DNA from: Heptranchias perlo
Taxonomy: Eukaryota
Reading direction: 5' to 3'
Length of the DNA: 64,000 nt
NCBI RefSeq assembly: GCF_035084215.1
Contig: NC_090358.1
Span: forward strand, 16,058,001-16,122,000
Position 1 is the first letter of the stretch. Every line of letters begins with the position of its first letter. Positions 56,601 to 64,000 of the stretch are shown here, piece after piece. The position numbers and the translations under genes are program-made. The notes under the pieces were generated by a model, which saw nothing but the letters and a program-made list of their open reading frames with translations, did no database searches and was not told where the DNA came from.

Positions 56601-59600
56601 ATTACATGGCTCCAGGTGGGTGGGGAGTGTATGTATTGTAATCTACAAGGCATCACAACTGTATGGGACAGGCTGGATGGACCAGCAGATCTTTTCCTGT
56701 CCGTCATTTTTCACATGTTCGTATAATTGCCAGTAAGTGATGTTACCTAGGTCTCCAATCACTCAATTCACTGATCGTTTAACTGAGTGTCCTTCACAGA
56801 CCAGGAATAATAAGGTGTCCAGGGGATTGTCTATATTTGCTTCTTGTAGAAAAACCACTATTATTTTCCTTATATTTCTTTCAGTTTATGGTTTCATTGA
56901 AAATAGTGCACTGAGGAAATCGTCTCACCTCGTGTTCTCTAGTCTTAAATAGCCATTACCATTGATCTGTGATTCAGTGATGTCTCTTTCCTCCACTATA
57001 CCATTAAATATTAGCCATTTGACAGCCAACATAAGGATTGATCAACATTAAAAGCGTAATGCTGCCTTAATCCCTTTTTTGACTATGTTTATTAAATATA
57101 TGTGAATATTAAGCATAAACACTCCCGTCAGTTCCAAAATTCAATGTAGCCCTTCTAAAAATATATATTTTAAATATAAATATACTTGCTGCAGACTTGC
57201 GGATTGAGATGATCTGTGCAAACTGAGATATTTATTGAAAAATATCTAACTCGGGTAGCTATAGGAGAGGGCTAGGCACAGTCGGTGGGTGTGCCGCAGG
57301 TTTAGAACATTAACTCTTCAAGAGTCTTGTAAAAATTCAAGAATATTGCATCAGCTGAATTATTTAGTTGAAAAATGTACACACAGGCCAATCATGGGCC
57401 CAGTGTGACTACATACCATCAGAGTCCACAGTATGACGTTGGTTAAAAAAACACACAGAAAGAAAGATAAGAACGATGTAGTCTGACAACAGGCGCTGGC
57501 TAAACATTGCAATCTAATTTAAAGTAGTAGTCCCTTATTGTGACTGAGTGAAATGTAAGAAAATATGGCTGAGAAAAGAACCACGGTGTAACAGACCCAT
57601 TCCTTCACCTACCATGTACAAATCACTCTACTATTCGTTGAGGAGATTAAACGGATTGGGCGAAGAGAGGTATAGGTGAGAAAAAGCTCTTTGAATGAGA
57701 GGTACAAATGAAGAAAAGCTCTAATGCAGCTCTCTGCCCACCCAAATGTAAAGCAAACCCTGAATACCTATCTAACCCTATACCCTACATTGTACATCCT
57801 TGACCAGTTGCTTTCCTTGGGAGGAGACTTCCATGGCTGTACCAGCTCAGGAAACATCACTTTTCACACCGCATTCTGTAATCTCCTTCTGTATTTATCC
57901 TTAGTATCCTATTCCTGACATAGTCATCCAGATCTTTTCAAAGCTGTGAAGGTGTTATGAACACAGCACTCGCTGCTTTGCTCGATAGTACATTCTACAG
58001 ATCCGGTACCCTGGAGGAGGGGGATCCATCTCATTGTACCCTGATTAAGGCTTGTTAATTTCTTTCCCTCATGACCGCTGATTCTCTGCGCACAACCTAA
58101 GCTGGATCACTAATTGGCATCAGGAGCACAGCTACACCTCAGAAGGTTTGGAACTTTCCCAATCAACATTCTCGGACATAGAAGAGAAAAACAAGACGGA
58201 GCTTTGGAATGTGTGAAGAAATTTGAGATTTGAAAAAAACAAAGATAGATTGAAAGACAAAATCAATTTGCATGATGCAGTGAGATTGGATAAAAAAAAA
58301 CAGGAAAGTAAGTGAAACTGGCCGATGGGGTTAGAGAGGCTGAAACAGATAGAGATGGAGACCGATTAAAAGAGACATATAGATATAGAGAGGGAGGATA
58401 GAAGAGCTTAGAGACAATGTTGCCTGGCAATGCCTAATTTCAGAGTGTGAGAGTAGAGATACTGCACAGAAATTCGGACTATCTGAGCAGTGACTGGGAT
58501 ATACTTTCTCAGCTGTTCCAGGAGTTTGGATCCATTACTGTTAGAATTCTTAAAGATCTGGATCATGTCTCCTGATTTTTATAAAGAAAACAAATTCAGT
58601 TCTATGAGACTCTTCATAACTTGGGAGTTCTAAGATCCAGACTCATTCTTCTTAATTTTCTCTGAACATGCACCGATGCATTAATGGCCTTTCGAAAGTA
58701 GAGTGCCCAAAACTACACACGACATTCTGAATGTGGCTTTTTCTGAGCTCGATGCAAGGTTAGGATAATTTGTTCGACTATAGTCAAACTTGTGGGGACA
58801 AAAAGGGTGTCAGACGAGATTCCTGTGGAATTCCACGAGTTGCTGGCCCTTAGCCAAAGTTTTTCTGCTTATTAGCAGGCACTTCATTCTAGTTCAGTGC
58901 ACTTCATATATCACTCCTGTAGCTTGTGAGCTGTAAATCTGGTGAGTGTATACCGCCACAGTAGAGGAGCCAATATTTTAGAGGAGAATGAGCTCTTCTG
59001 ATGATGGGAGCGTACATTTTGTCCATCATTTTAGTTAGATACATCAGGCATACAGATGGTGTACTTCCACACAAATGGTACACTTCTCTCGTACAAACTA
59101 GATATGGTTCGTACGTAACACATATACGAACAACAACAACTCGCATTTATATAGCATCTTTAATGTAGTAAAAACGTCCCAAGGCGCAGGCACGATGGGT
59201 CGAATGGCCTCCTTCTGTGCTGTATGATTCTATGGCGCTTCACTGGAGCGTTAACAAACAAAATTTGACACCGAGCCACATAAGGAGATATTAGTCCGGT
59301 GACCAAAAGCTTGGTCAAAAAGGTAGGTTTTAAGGACCATCTTAAAGGAGGGGGGAAGAGGTCGAGAGGCAGAGAGGTTTAGGGAGGGAATTCCAGAGCT
59401 TAGGACCTAGGCAGCTGAAGGCGCGGTAGAGCGATTAAAATCAGGGATGCGCAAGAAGCAAGAATTGGAGGAGCGTAGAAACCTCGGAGGGTTGTAGGGC
59501 TGGATGAGGTTACAGAGATAGGGAAGGGCGAGGCCATGGAGGGATTGAAAACAAGGATGAGAATTTTAAAACTGAGGTAGTCAGCGAGCACAAGGGTGAT

Positions 59601-62600
59601 GGGTGAACGGGACTTGGTGCAAGTTAGGATATGGGCAGCAGAGTTTTGGATGAGCTCAAGTTTATGGAGGGTGGAAGATGGGAGGCCGGCCAGGAGAGCA
59701 TTGGAATAGTCAAGTCTAGAGATTGCAAAGGCATGGATGAAGGTTTCAGCAGCAGATGAGCTGAGGCAGGGGCGGAGGTGGGCGATGTTATGGAGGTGGA
59801 AGTAGGCGGTCTTGGTGATGGAGTGAATGGGTGGTCAGGGTCAAATAAGACACCAAGGTTGCAAACGGTCTGGTTCAGCCTCAGCCAGTGGCCAGGGAGA
59901 GGGATGGAGTCGGTGGCAAGGGAACGGAGTTGGTGGCGGGGACCGAAGACATGGGCTTCGGTCTTCCCAATATTTAGTATCCTAAGTGGCAAACAATCGT
60001 CACCCACTGCTCATTAGAGTTAAACTTATCACATGAGCGGTGGGTGATGTTTGTTTACCACTTAGAGCAAATTCCAGGCCAATGATTCAGTACTTGTCCT
60101 GCAAGGTAGTGTGTGAAGAATATACAGCACAACTCTGGTACTGATATACATCTTGTAAAACCACATTCTTTAAGAAAAAAATTCACAGGTATCACAAAGC
60201 AGAGTTCAGATGTCATATGCCTCTGAGGCTACATGGTTACAATTGCTTTTACTATTTGAATAGATAAAATCAGTGACATAGTGATTGCACAAACTATTGC
60301 TGAAGCTCAATCGCAGCATCGGCCCTCCCCCTTCCCTGTCCCGGCCAGATCTTCAGGTTTGAGCCTCATATCAGGCAGGTTAATTGAAGTTAAGATTGTA
60401 AACAATTTTACAACACCAAGTTATAGTCCAGCAATTTTATTTTAAATTCACAAGTTTTCGGAGGCTTCCTCCTTCGTCAGGTGAACGATATTTTCACATC
60501 GTTCACCTGACGAAGGAGGAAGCCTCCGAAAGCTTGTGAATTTAAAATAAAATTGCTGGACTATAACTTGGTGTTGTAAAATTGTTTACAGAAGTTAAGA
60601 TTATGAAGTAACGACTGCCTCAGTCCAGTAACATCTTATGGGAAACTATTTATAGTAAATGTTATTATTATTACTACCACAGCATTGAACTTCTAATCAA
60701 ACATCTACACACAGCTCAAACAAAGAGGACAGGAGGAACCTCTTGTACCTTTTGCTCTCAGAAGAGGTTTAACACCCAAAAGTTCTCACTGAATTCCTAC
60801 TGTAGGCCAATGGGTCAGAGATCACTGAAGACAACACCACGATAATCTTTTTAAAACTCGTATTAACCCATTCTCTGATCTGATGAGAGCTACTGCTAGT
60901 ATTTTTGTTATGATGTGGAATTGCCGGTGATGGACTGGTGATGACTCCATCAGCCTCCGAAAGCTTGTGATTTTCAAATAAAACTGTTGGACTATAACCT
61001 GGTGTTGTAAGATTCCTTAGTATTTTTGTTAGTGAAGGTACTTTGCATGGAGATGAAAGAGTAACCTTTAATGCTGCATTAATTTACATAACAACTAGAG
61101 TGCATTTTTGTTCAGTGATGTGCGCCAGTGAAGGAGTTTCAGGGACACTGACCTCAGTCATCCTAATTAAGTTTTCCTCACATACGGACAAAAGGTAAAA
61201 TAACCTATCCCTAAAAATAATGGGTGTTTCTCACATTATTCATTTGTAAATTATTTAATTGATTTCAGCTGAGATAGATTGCAATGTGTCTTCACGTCAT
61301 TGCTTTGTCCCAGAGTTTCTGTTAATCGGTAAACTCTGGAGGTTAGCAGCCTGAGCACACAAACTGCACACTCCTGAAATCTCGGCTATAAAATCTTATC
61401 TTTCCAACAGATGGTAGGAGGAACACTGGTTTTACAAAACGAGGCTTCCACAGCTCTCACCTAACCATAGAGAAAAAGTGATTTGTAAAAGACTTCCATC
61501 ACGTGGAAAATCAACTATTTTTAAGGTGTGTTCTATCTAAAGATATTAAAGTTTGCATGTTGTTAAATCTGAGACAATTAATCAGCAGCAAATTACAAAG
61601 AGACACTAAAAATCAGCTAGTCACAGGCATTGCCTGTGGGGCCGTGTCACTTTAAACCAGGATGTAATATATGTCTACAAAGAAGTTGTGAATCGATTAC
61701 TCTTAACCATAAAAATGCTATTTTGTGGGGCCATCAATAATGGTACCTTAGCTAAAATGATGAATATAAAACCAAACCTTTCACTTAAATCTAGATTCAT
61801 GGCACAAAAATGACCTGTATTTAGGGTTGCCAACTCTGGTATAACCTGGATGTAGCCCAGGTTTCATCACATGATCTCCTGCCTCCAACTGCCCCACCAC
61901 CACGCACCCGCCATTGGTCACCTGACACGTCTATCCTGCGCCAATTGGAAAGCGAACAGACTCTTTGTTTCCTGATTGGATGTATCTTGACTGTCAGTCA
62001 AACAGCTTTTTTTCTCCTTCTCCAATATTTTTATAACTAATAAACAAAAGTGTTCAAAGAAATTTTTCAAAAACACAATTCTATTAGTGCCCCTATGATT
62101 TTTCTCCCAGGTTTCTTGCAGCAGTGTCTAGGAGATTACTCTTTAATTCCTGGAAACTCCAGGACAATCCTGGGGGGTTGGCAACCCTACCTGTACCATT
62201 AACAAGCCAACACTGGCATTAACACTTGTGGAGGTAACAGAAGCAGTGACATTGCTTAACTTTACTGACCATTTCGGTTTTTCCTTTACTTTTGGTTTCA
62301 TCTCGTGCCGAGGTGGAGTTTCCTTCAGCGTGGAGAGTCAGCCGTACCCTTCGGATGTTACCCTAAGCAATGGAACAACCAGGTGTTTATCTGATTGCAC
62401 TATTTAAGCAGAAGCAAAATAAAAGAACATTTCTGAACACTCAGTTTAAACTGAAATGTTCAATATGCCAAGCAGTTTAGATGAAGTATAAAATACCATC
62501 ACAGATTTAGTCACATTAAATGTTTACATAAGAGCAATAAAATAATAAAATGACTTACCCTCCTTACAGGCTCTGGTGACTTTGTGATTGTGCATGTTGT

Positions 62601-62621
62601 CGCTGTTTTAAATTGTAGCAT
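17576..62621 (-). CDS. MYZAP: MYZAP (myozap, GCOM1 upstream gene), 13 coding exons, 1380 nt, 459 aa coiled-coil protein
   Basis: Exon translations match recalled human MYZAP segments (QLKEEMNYI, SQEAN, EEANKK, SLRERIRHLDxMVHCQQxKVKQMxEE, ISFLExE, TPYxRxxEL). All 12 introns are GT-AG and in phase. Confidence 0.95.
17731..18127. mobile_element. GC-rich MITE-like element with imperfect TIRs
   Basis: GTCCTGATTTTGAC ... GTTAAAATCAGACC, same TIR style as 36086-36803. Confidence 0.55.
18486..19059 (+). mobile_element. CR1 3' fragment nested in an older repeat
   Basis: Degenerate LYKSLVRP / RGNLI / TKGHRFK-type sequence and a GATTCTATGA tail. Confidence 0.85.
19455..19690 (-). mobile_element. Short 3' fragment of the same LINE family as 45740-46290
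   Basis: Near-identical to 45740-45990; SFIVTGSKSWNSLP. Confidence 0.85.
19830..19930 (-). CDS. MYZAP: MYZAP exon 12, NKELQDKLNYMMSLDQQRTVETREQVVSYDSPI(R)
   Basis: gcctag|AAT ... AG|GTAACA (phase 2); 101 nt. Confidence 0.92.
20920..21570 (+). mobile_element. L2 3' fragment interrupted by a ~190-bp insert and a (TCC)n-type microsatellite
   Basis: LQLIQNFAA motif, LWNPLP, tail gatgctatataaaagggcaagttgttgtt. Confidence 0.7.
22549..22632 (-). CDS. MYZAP: MYZAP exon 11, IEILKSKIQQKDVMIEDLLERISFLEAE
   Basis: cttacag|ATT ... GAG|GTAAGG; 84 nt. Confidence 0.93.
23660..23765 (-). CDS. MYZAP: MYZAP exon 10, SQKVEEKAASLRERIRHLDNMVHCQQRKVKQMIEE
   Basis: gtgtcag|G TCC ... GAG|GTGAGA; 106 nt. Confidence 0.94.
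23985..24085. repeat. Degenerate ~18-20-bp tandem repeat (gagagXXXtattcYct)
   Basis: About five imperfect units. Confidence 0.55.
24510..26025 (-). mobile_element. 5'-truncated CR1-clade LINE (RT fragments)
   Basis: ORFs 25218..25865 (QHGF, GVPQGSVLGP, FADD) and 24595..24966 (RRMRGDLIE, RTRGH); CR1 3' UTR near 24510. Confidence 0.95.
26988..27073 (-). CDS. MYZAP: MYZAP exon 9, ERHLLQQRLQEQEKKLSQRDETDSRNSE(W)
   Basis: ttgcag|GAG; the only phase-2 GT at the exon end before the in-frame stop is the weak TG|GTGCTG; 86 nt. Confidence 0.82.
28280..28625 (+). mobile_element. SINE sharing the gggatggXcaataaatgc 3' tail of the LINE at 19455/45740
   Basis: B-box remnant tcaaatcccacc, a non-coding core, and the LINE-type tail. 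Confidence 0.65.
29548..29676 (-). CDS. MYZAP: MYZAP exon 8, ARINQALKELEEANKKALAAEQKIAERDQRIQELDQLIARMVE
   Basis: poly-T tract then aatgaag|GCT ... GAG|GTATTA; 129 nt. Confidence 0.92.
30377..30690. repeat. 46-bp tandem repeat AGTGAATGCTGCAGTGTTAAGATTCACTATCAGCAYCATTATTAGT, about 5 good copies plus degenerate ones
   Basis: Periodic recurrence at about 30464, 30509, 30555, 30601 and 30647. Confidence 0.9.
31190..31323. mobile_element. Palindromic MITE, related family
   Basis: GGGTAATTTTAACTTTTTGTGATGGTGTAAAA ... TTTTACACCATCAACAAAAGTTAAAATTATCCC. Confidence 0.75.
31695..31820 (-). CDS. MYZAP: MYZAP exon 7, IEASQEANTSAMQDMTRKLYNQYEAKLKEAKQLHQAEKEAIQ
   Basis: tttatag|ATC ... CAG|GTATGT; 126 nt. 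Confidence 0.93.
35618..35770 (-). CDS. MYZAP: MYZAP exon 6, KSLLDSTAEANKRREEMEVLRNSYHQSLEQMKEKNQQIHDAQTENQILKLK
   Basis: ttgtcag|AAA ... AAG|GTAAAC; 153 nt. Confidence 0.92.
36086..36803. mobile_element. PIF/Harbinger-type non-autonomous element
   Basis: TIR GGGCACAATTTTAA / TTAAAATCATGCCC; 3-bp TSD TGA on both sides. Confidence 0.7.
37239..37410. mobile_element. Palindromic MITE (GGGGTAGATTTT termini)
   Basis: Long imperfect inverted arms, ACT on both flanks; homologous to 42090-42261. Confidence 0.8.
37686..37799 (-). CDS. MYZAP: MYZAP exon 5, VSEARQESLQREVKSNSSTLEQYSQMNSSLTTLTIDLQ
   Basis: cttcag|GTC ... CAG|GTAGAA; 114 nt. Confidence 0.92.
38615..40050 (-). mobile_element. Degenerate L2 LINE fragments
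   Basis: WFRSYLS, GAPQSSILGP, DAQLY and FLQLNIGRTEAI in ORF 39281..39739. Confidence 0.8.
40500..40778 (-). mobile_element. CR1 3' end fragment
   Basis: ORF with FTQRVVESWNSLPQKAV; taggaacataggaac tail. Confidence 0.85.
42090..42261. mobile_element. Palindromic MITE, same family as 37239-37410
   Basis: Shares gttttacatctctcctgatttt and gtcaaaatctacccc. Confidence 0.8.
42388..42480 (-). CDS. MYZAP: MYZAP exon 4, MRHSLEKVRQQMFGEFSGMKERMKQLTNEMR
   Basis: ttcag|ATG ... AGG|GTAAGT; 93 nt. Confidence 0.92.
44055..44201 (-). CDS. MYZAP: MYZAP exon 3, HLSNGMGSEASPQGTIYGVVQRADDNKAEVVVYEWSVNQLKEEMNYITE
   Basis: tttgcag|CAT ... GAG|GTGAGA; 147 nt. Confidence 0.93.
44500..44960 (-). mobile_element. 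L2 LINE 3' fragment
   Basis: HSPVTPVLTDLHWLP...FKILILVFK...LKTYLF. Confidence 0.85.
45740..46290 (-). mobile_element. 3' fragment of a second CR1-like LINE family
   Basis: ORF IYKAQVRSVMEYSP...LDTIQNKAARLIG...SLHHRR; 3' end gggatgggtaataaatgctggcc. Confidence 0.85.
52365..52730 (-). mobile_element. Degenerate CR1 3' fragment
   Basis: Minus strand reads aggagatttaatagaggtttttaaaattatg and ttctttactgagagggtggttggagcatggaa. Confidence 0.6.
53780..53932 (+). mobile_element. Internal RT fragment of a CR1-like LINE
   Basis: TFNGITI...LGVTIDQKLNWTSHINTVATRAGQRLGILR. Confidence 0.75.
58500..58760 (-). mobile_element. Highly degenerate CR1 RT C-terminal fragment
   Basis: Minus strand resembles the HLEYCVQFW..ERVQ..YEERL coding segment. 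Confidence 0.45.
59130..59975 (-). mobile_element. L2-clade LINE 3' fragment
   Basis: LNIGKTEA, NLGVLFD and FKILILV motifs; (GTT)n tail at 59130-59140. Confidence 0.85.
60397..60590. mobile_element. Palindromic Penelope-like-derived insertion, 93-bp arms, 8-nt loop, 11-bp TSD GAAGTTAAGAT
   Basis: Arms 60397-60489 and 60498-60590 are reverse complements with one mismatch; TSD at 60386-60396 and 60591-60601. Confidence 0.9.
60502..60540 (+). ncRNA. Minimal type-I hammerhead ribozyme motif
   Basis: TTCAC-CTGACGA-A-GGAGG/AAG/CCTCC-GAAA-GC-TT-GTGAA: stem I TTCAC/GTGAA, conserved CUGANGA and GAAA boxes, stem II, and a vestigial palindromic stem III (AAGCTT). Confidence 0.75.
60911..61017 (+). mobile_element. 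Truncated relative of the 60397 element with 14-bp TSD TAGTATTTTTGTTA
   Basis: Shares gcctccgaaagcttgtga...ggactataacXtggtgttgtaa; TSD at 60897-60910 and 61018-61031. Confidence 0.85.
61822..62189. mobile_element. Non-autonomous hAT-type DNA transposon (MITE)
   Basis: TIR TAGGGTTGCCAAC / GTTGGCAACCCTA; 8-bp flanks CCTGTATT / CCTGTACC (6/8 match). Confidence 0.8.
62270..62362 (-). CDS. MYZAP: MYZAP exon 2, GNIRRVRLTLHAEGNSTSARDETKSKGKTEM
   Basis: cttag|GGT ... ATG|GTCAGT; resembles human ANVCRLRLTV. Confidence 0.85.
62559..62621 (-). CDS. MYZAP: MYZAP exon 1 coding part, MLQFKTATTCTITKSPEPVRR
   Basis: GGGACAATGC Kozak context, in-frame upstream TAA at 62640-62642, donor AGG|GTAAGT. Confidence 0.8.
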
Positions 62622-64000
62622 TGTCCCTACGAATATAGTTTATCCAAAGATCCACAACTTTGGCTTTGCCAGCTACTTCCAAAAAGTGAGAGATGCTCTC
62701 CTTACCATCTGTTACTCTTTCTGAAAAAAACTTCTGGCAACAATTCCAGTCCCGGGTTTAGTCTGTGACTTTTACCACTCTTCCTTAATTTTAGGCTTGA
62801 CCTTTGGTAAGAGATTTGAGGATTCGGGGGTTGTAAAAACTGAGAGGATTAACCAGCAGCAAGTTACAAAGGGATGCTGTAATCAGCTTGCCATTGGCAG
62901 TGCACTGCCACATCATAAGCAAATGTCTTCTCAAACAGCCATCTGTTTTCACCCCAGCCCGGAAAGATAGTGAATCCGTTTGTTACTTAGCAACACACCT
63001 ATTATGACACATCTGGGAATACATCCTCGCCCAACTTGTCAAACAGCATTTTACCTGTTCTAGCCCTTCCTCATTAGAATACTTCACATGGGTGTTGTCC
63101 CATTCCACCTTTATCAGGACTGGCTCTATATAATTCAGGTGTTTTTCACCAAGGGTATGAATAGAAATTGTTTCTATTTGCCTAAAGTCGCATCAAAAGT
63201 TCTGCCAGCATCGTACCAGAGACTACACATTACGTTCCATTTATGTCACTCAATTTTCTTCTCTCTCTCTCTCTCGTCCTCCTTCCTTCAACTGCTTTCT
63301 TTCTCAAAAAACACACACAAAGTAGAAATGAAGATTCTAAACAGAACCAGCCTCAAGGGCACTACCGTTTGTTTGTTTAACTGATGTGTACAGCGATACG
63401 CAGCACCTGGACTGGAGGTCTGAGTGTTCACTAACCCTTTGAGAACTGGAGTCAGATTTTGCACCAAAAAGAAAAGGTGTTGATAAATTTTCAGTTAATT
63501 TGGAGAATTTTGTGAATTTTTAAAAAAATGCTATTCTTTATAGCTCTAATTTCAGTTTGTAATATTCAATATAATATTTTTAAAATGAAAGTGTCTCTAT
63601 TCATAACTCAGCCACTCATATCCCTCACTGGCCTACACTGGCTCGGTCCCCCAGTATGTTAAATTTAAAATCCTCATTCACAAAACCCTCTGCAATCTCC
63701 TCCATTTACAGATGCCCTCCTGTACCTTTCAGTCCACTAACTCTGGCCTTTTGTACCTCTTCATCCCACCATTGGTGGCAAAACCTTCAACTGCCTCAAC
63801 CCCACTCTCTGCACCTCCCTCTCTTCTTCTCTCTTCACTTTTAAAAATCTTATCAAAATCCATCTTTTGGACCAAACTTTCAGTCATCCTTCCTAAACTC
63901 TCCCCCATGGCTGGCTGTTAGGAACATAGGAACAGGAGTAGACCATTCAGCCCATTCTTTAAGTGATTTCTGTACATGGAACCCTAAATCTCTGCTCTTC

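Noticed and set aside
60880-60900. CTGATGAG as another hammerhead core
   Set aside because: No stem II plus GAAA box follows it

Overview
Eukaryotic (vertebrate) genomic DNA. It is AT-rich and intron-rich, with CR1, L2, Deu-domain SINE and Penelope-type repeats whose style suggests a cartilaginous fish (inference). By hand-splicing I reconstructed two complete minus-strand genes in tandem. MYZAP (myocardial zonula adherens protein) has 13 coding exons at 62621..17576 and encodes 459 aa. About 10.7 kb downstream, POLR2M/GRINL1A (Gdown1) has 4 coding exons at 6889..1756 and encodes 412 aa. All reconstructed introns are GT-AG and phase-consistent. This is the GCOM1 complex-locus arrangement known from mammals, and the splice phases needed for in-frame MYZAP-POLR2M read-through fusions (807 aa and 551 aa) are present. 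Other notable items: a near-perfect 194-bp palindromic insertion with an 11-bp TSD whose arms each carry a minimal type-I hammerhead ribozyme motif (60397-60590); a duplicated promoter/ATG-GT module flanking MYZAP exons 1-2; a weak donor immediately followed by stop+AATAAA in MYZAP intron 9; and a CpG-rich 23-bp minisatellite next to the POLR2M exon 1 donor. Most short ORFs in the track are noise or repeat-derived. Protein identities come from recalled homologue sequences, not a database search.
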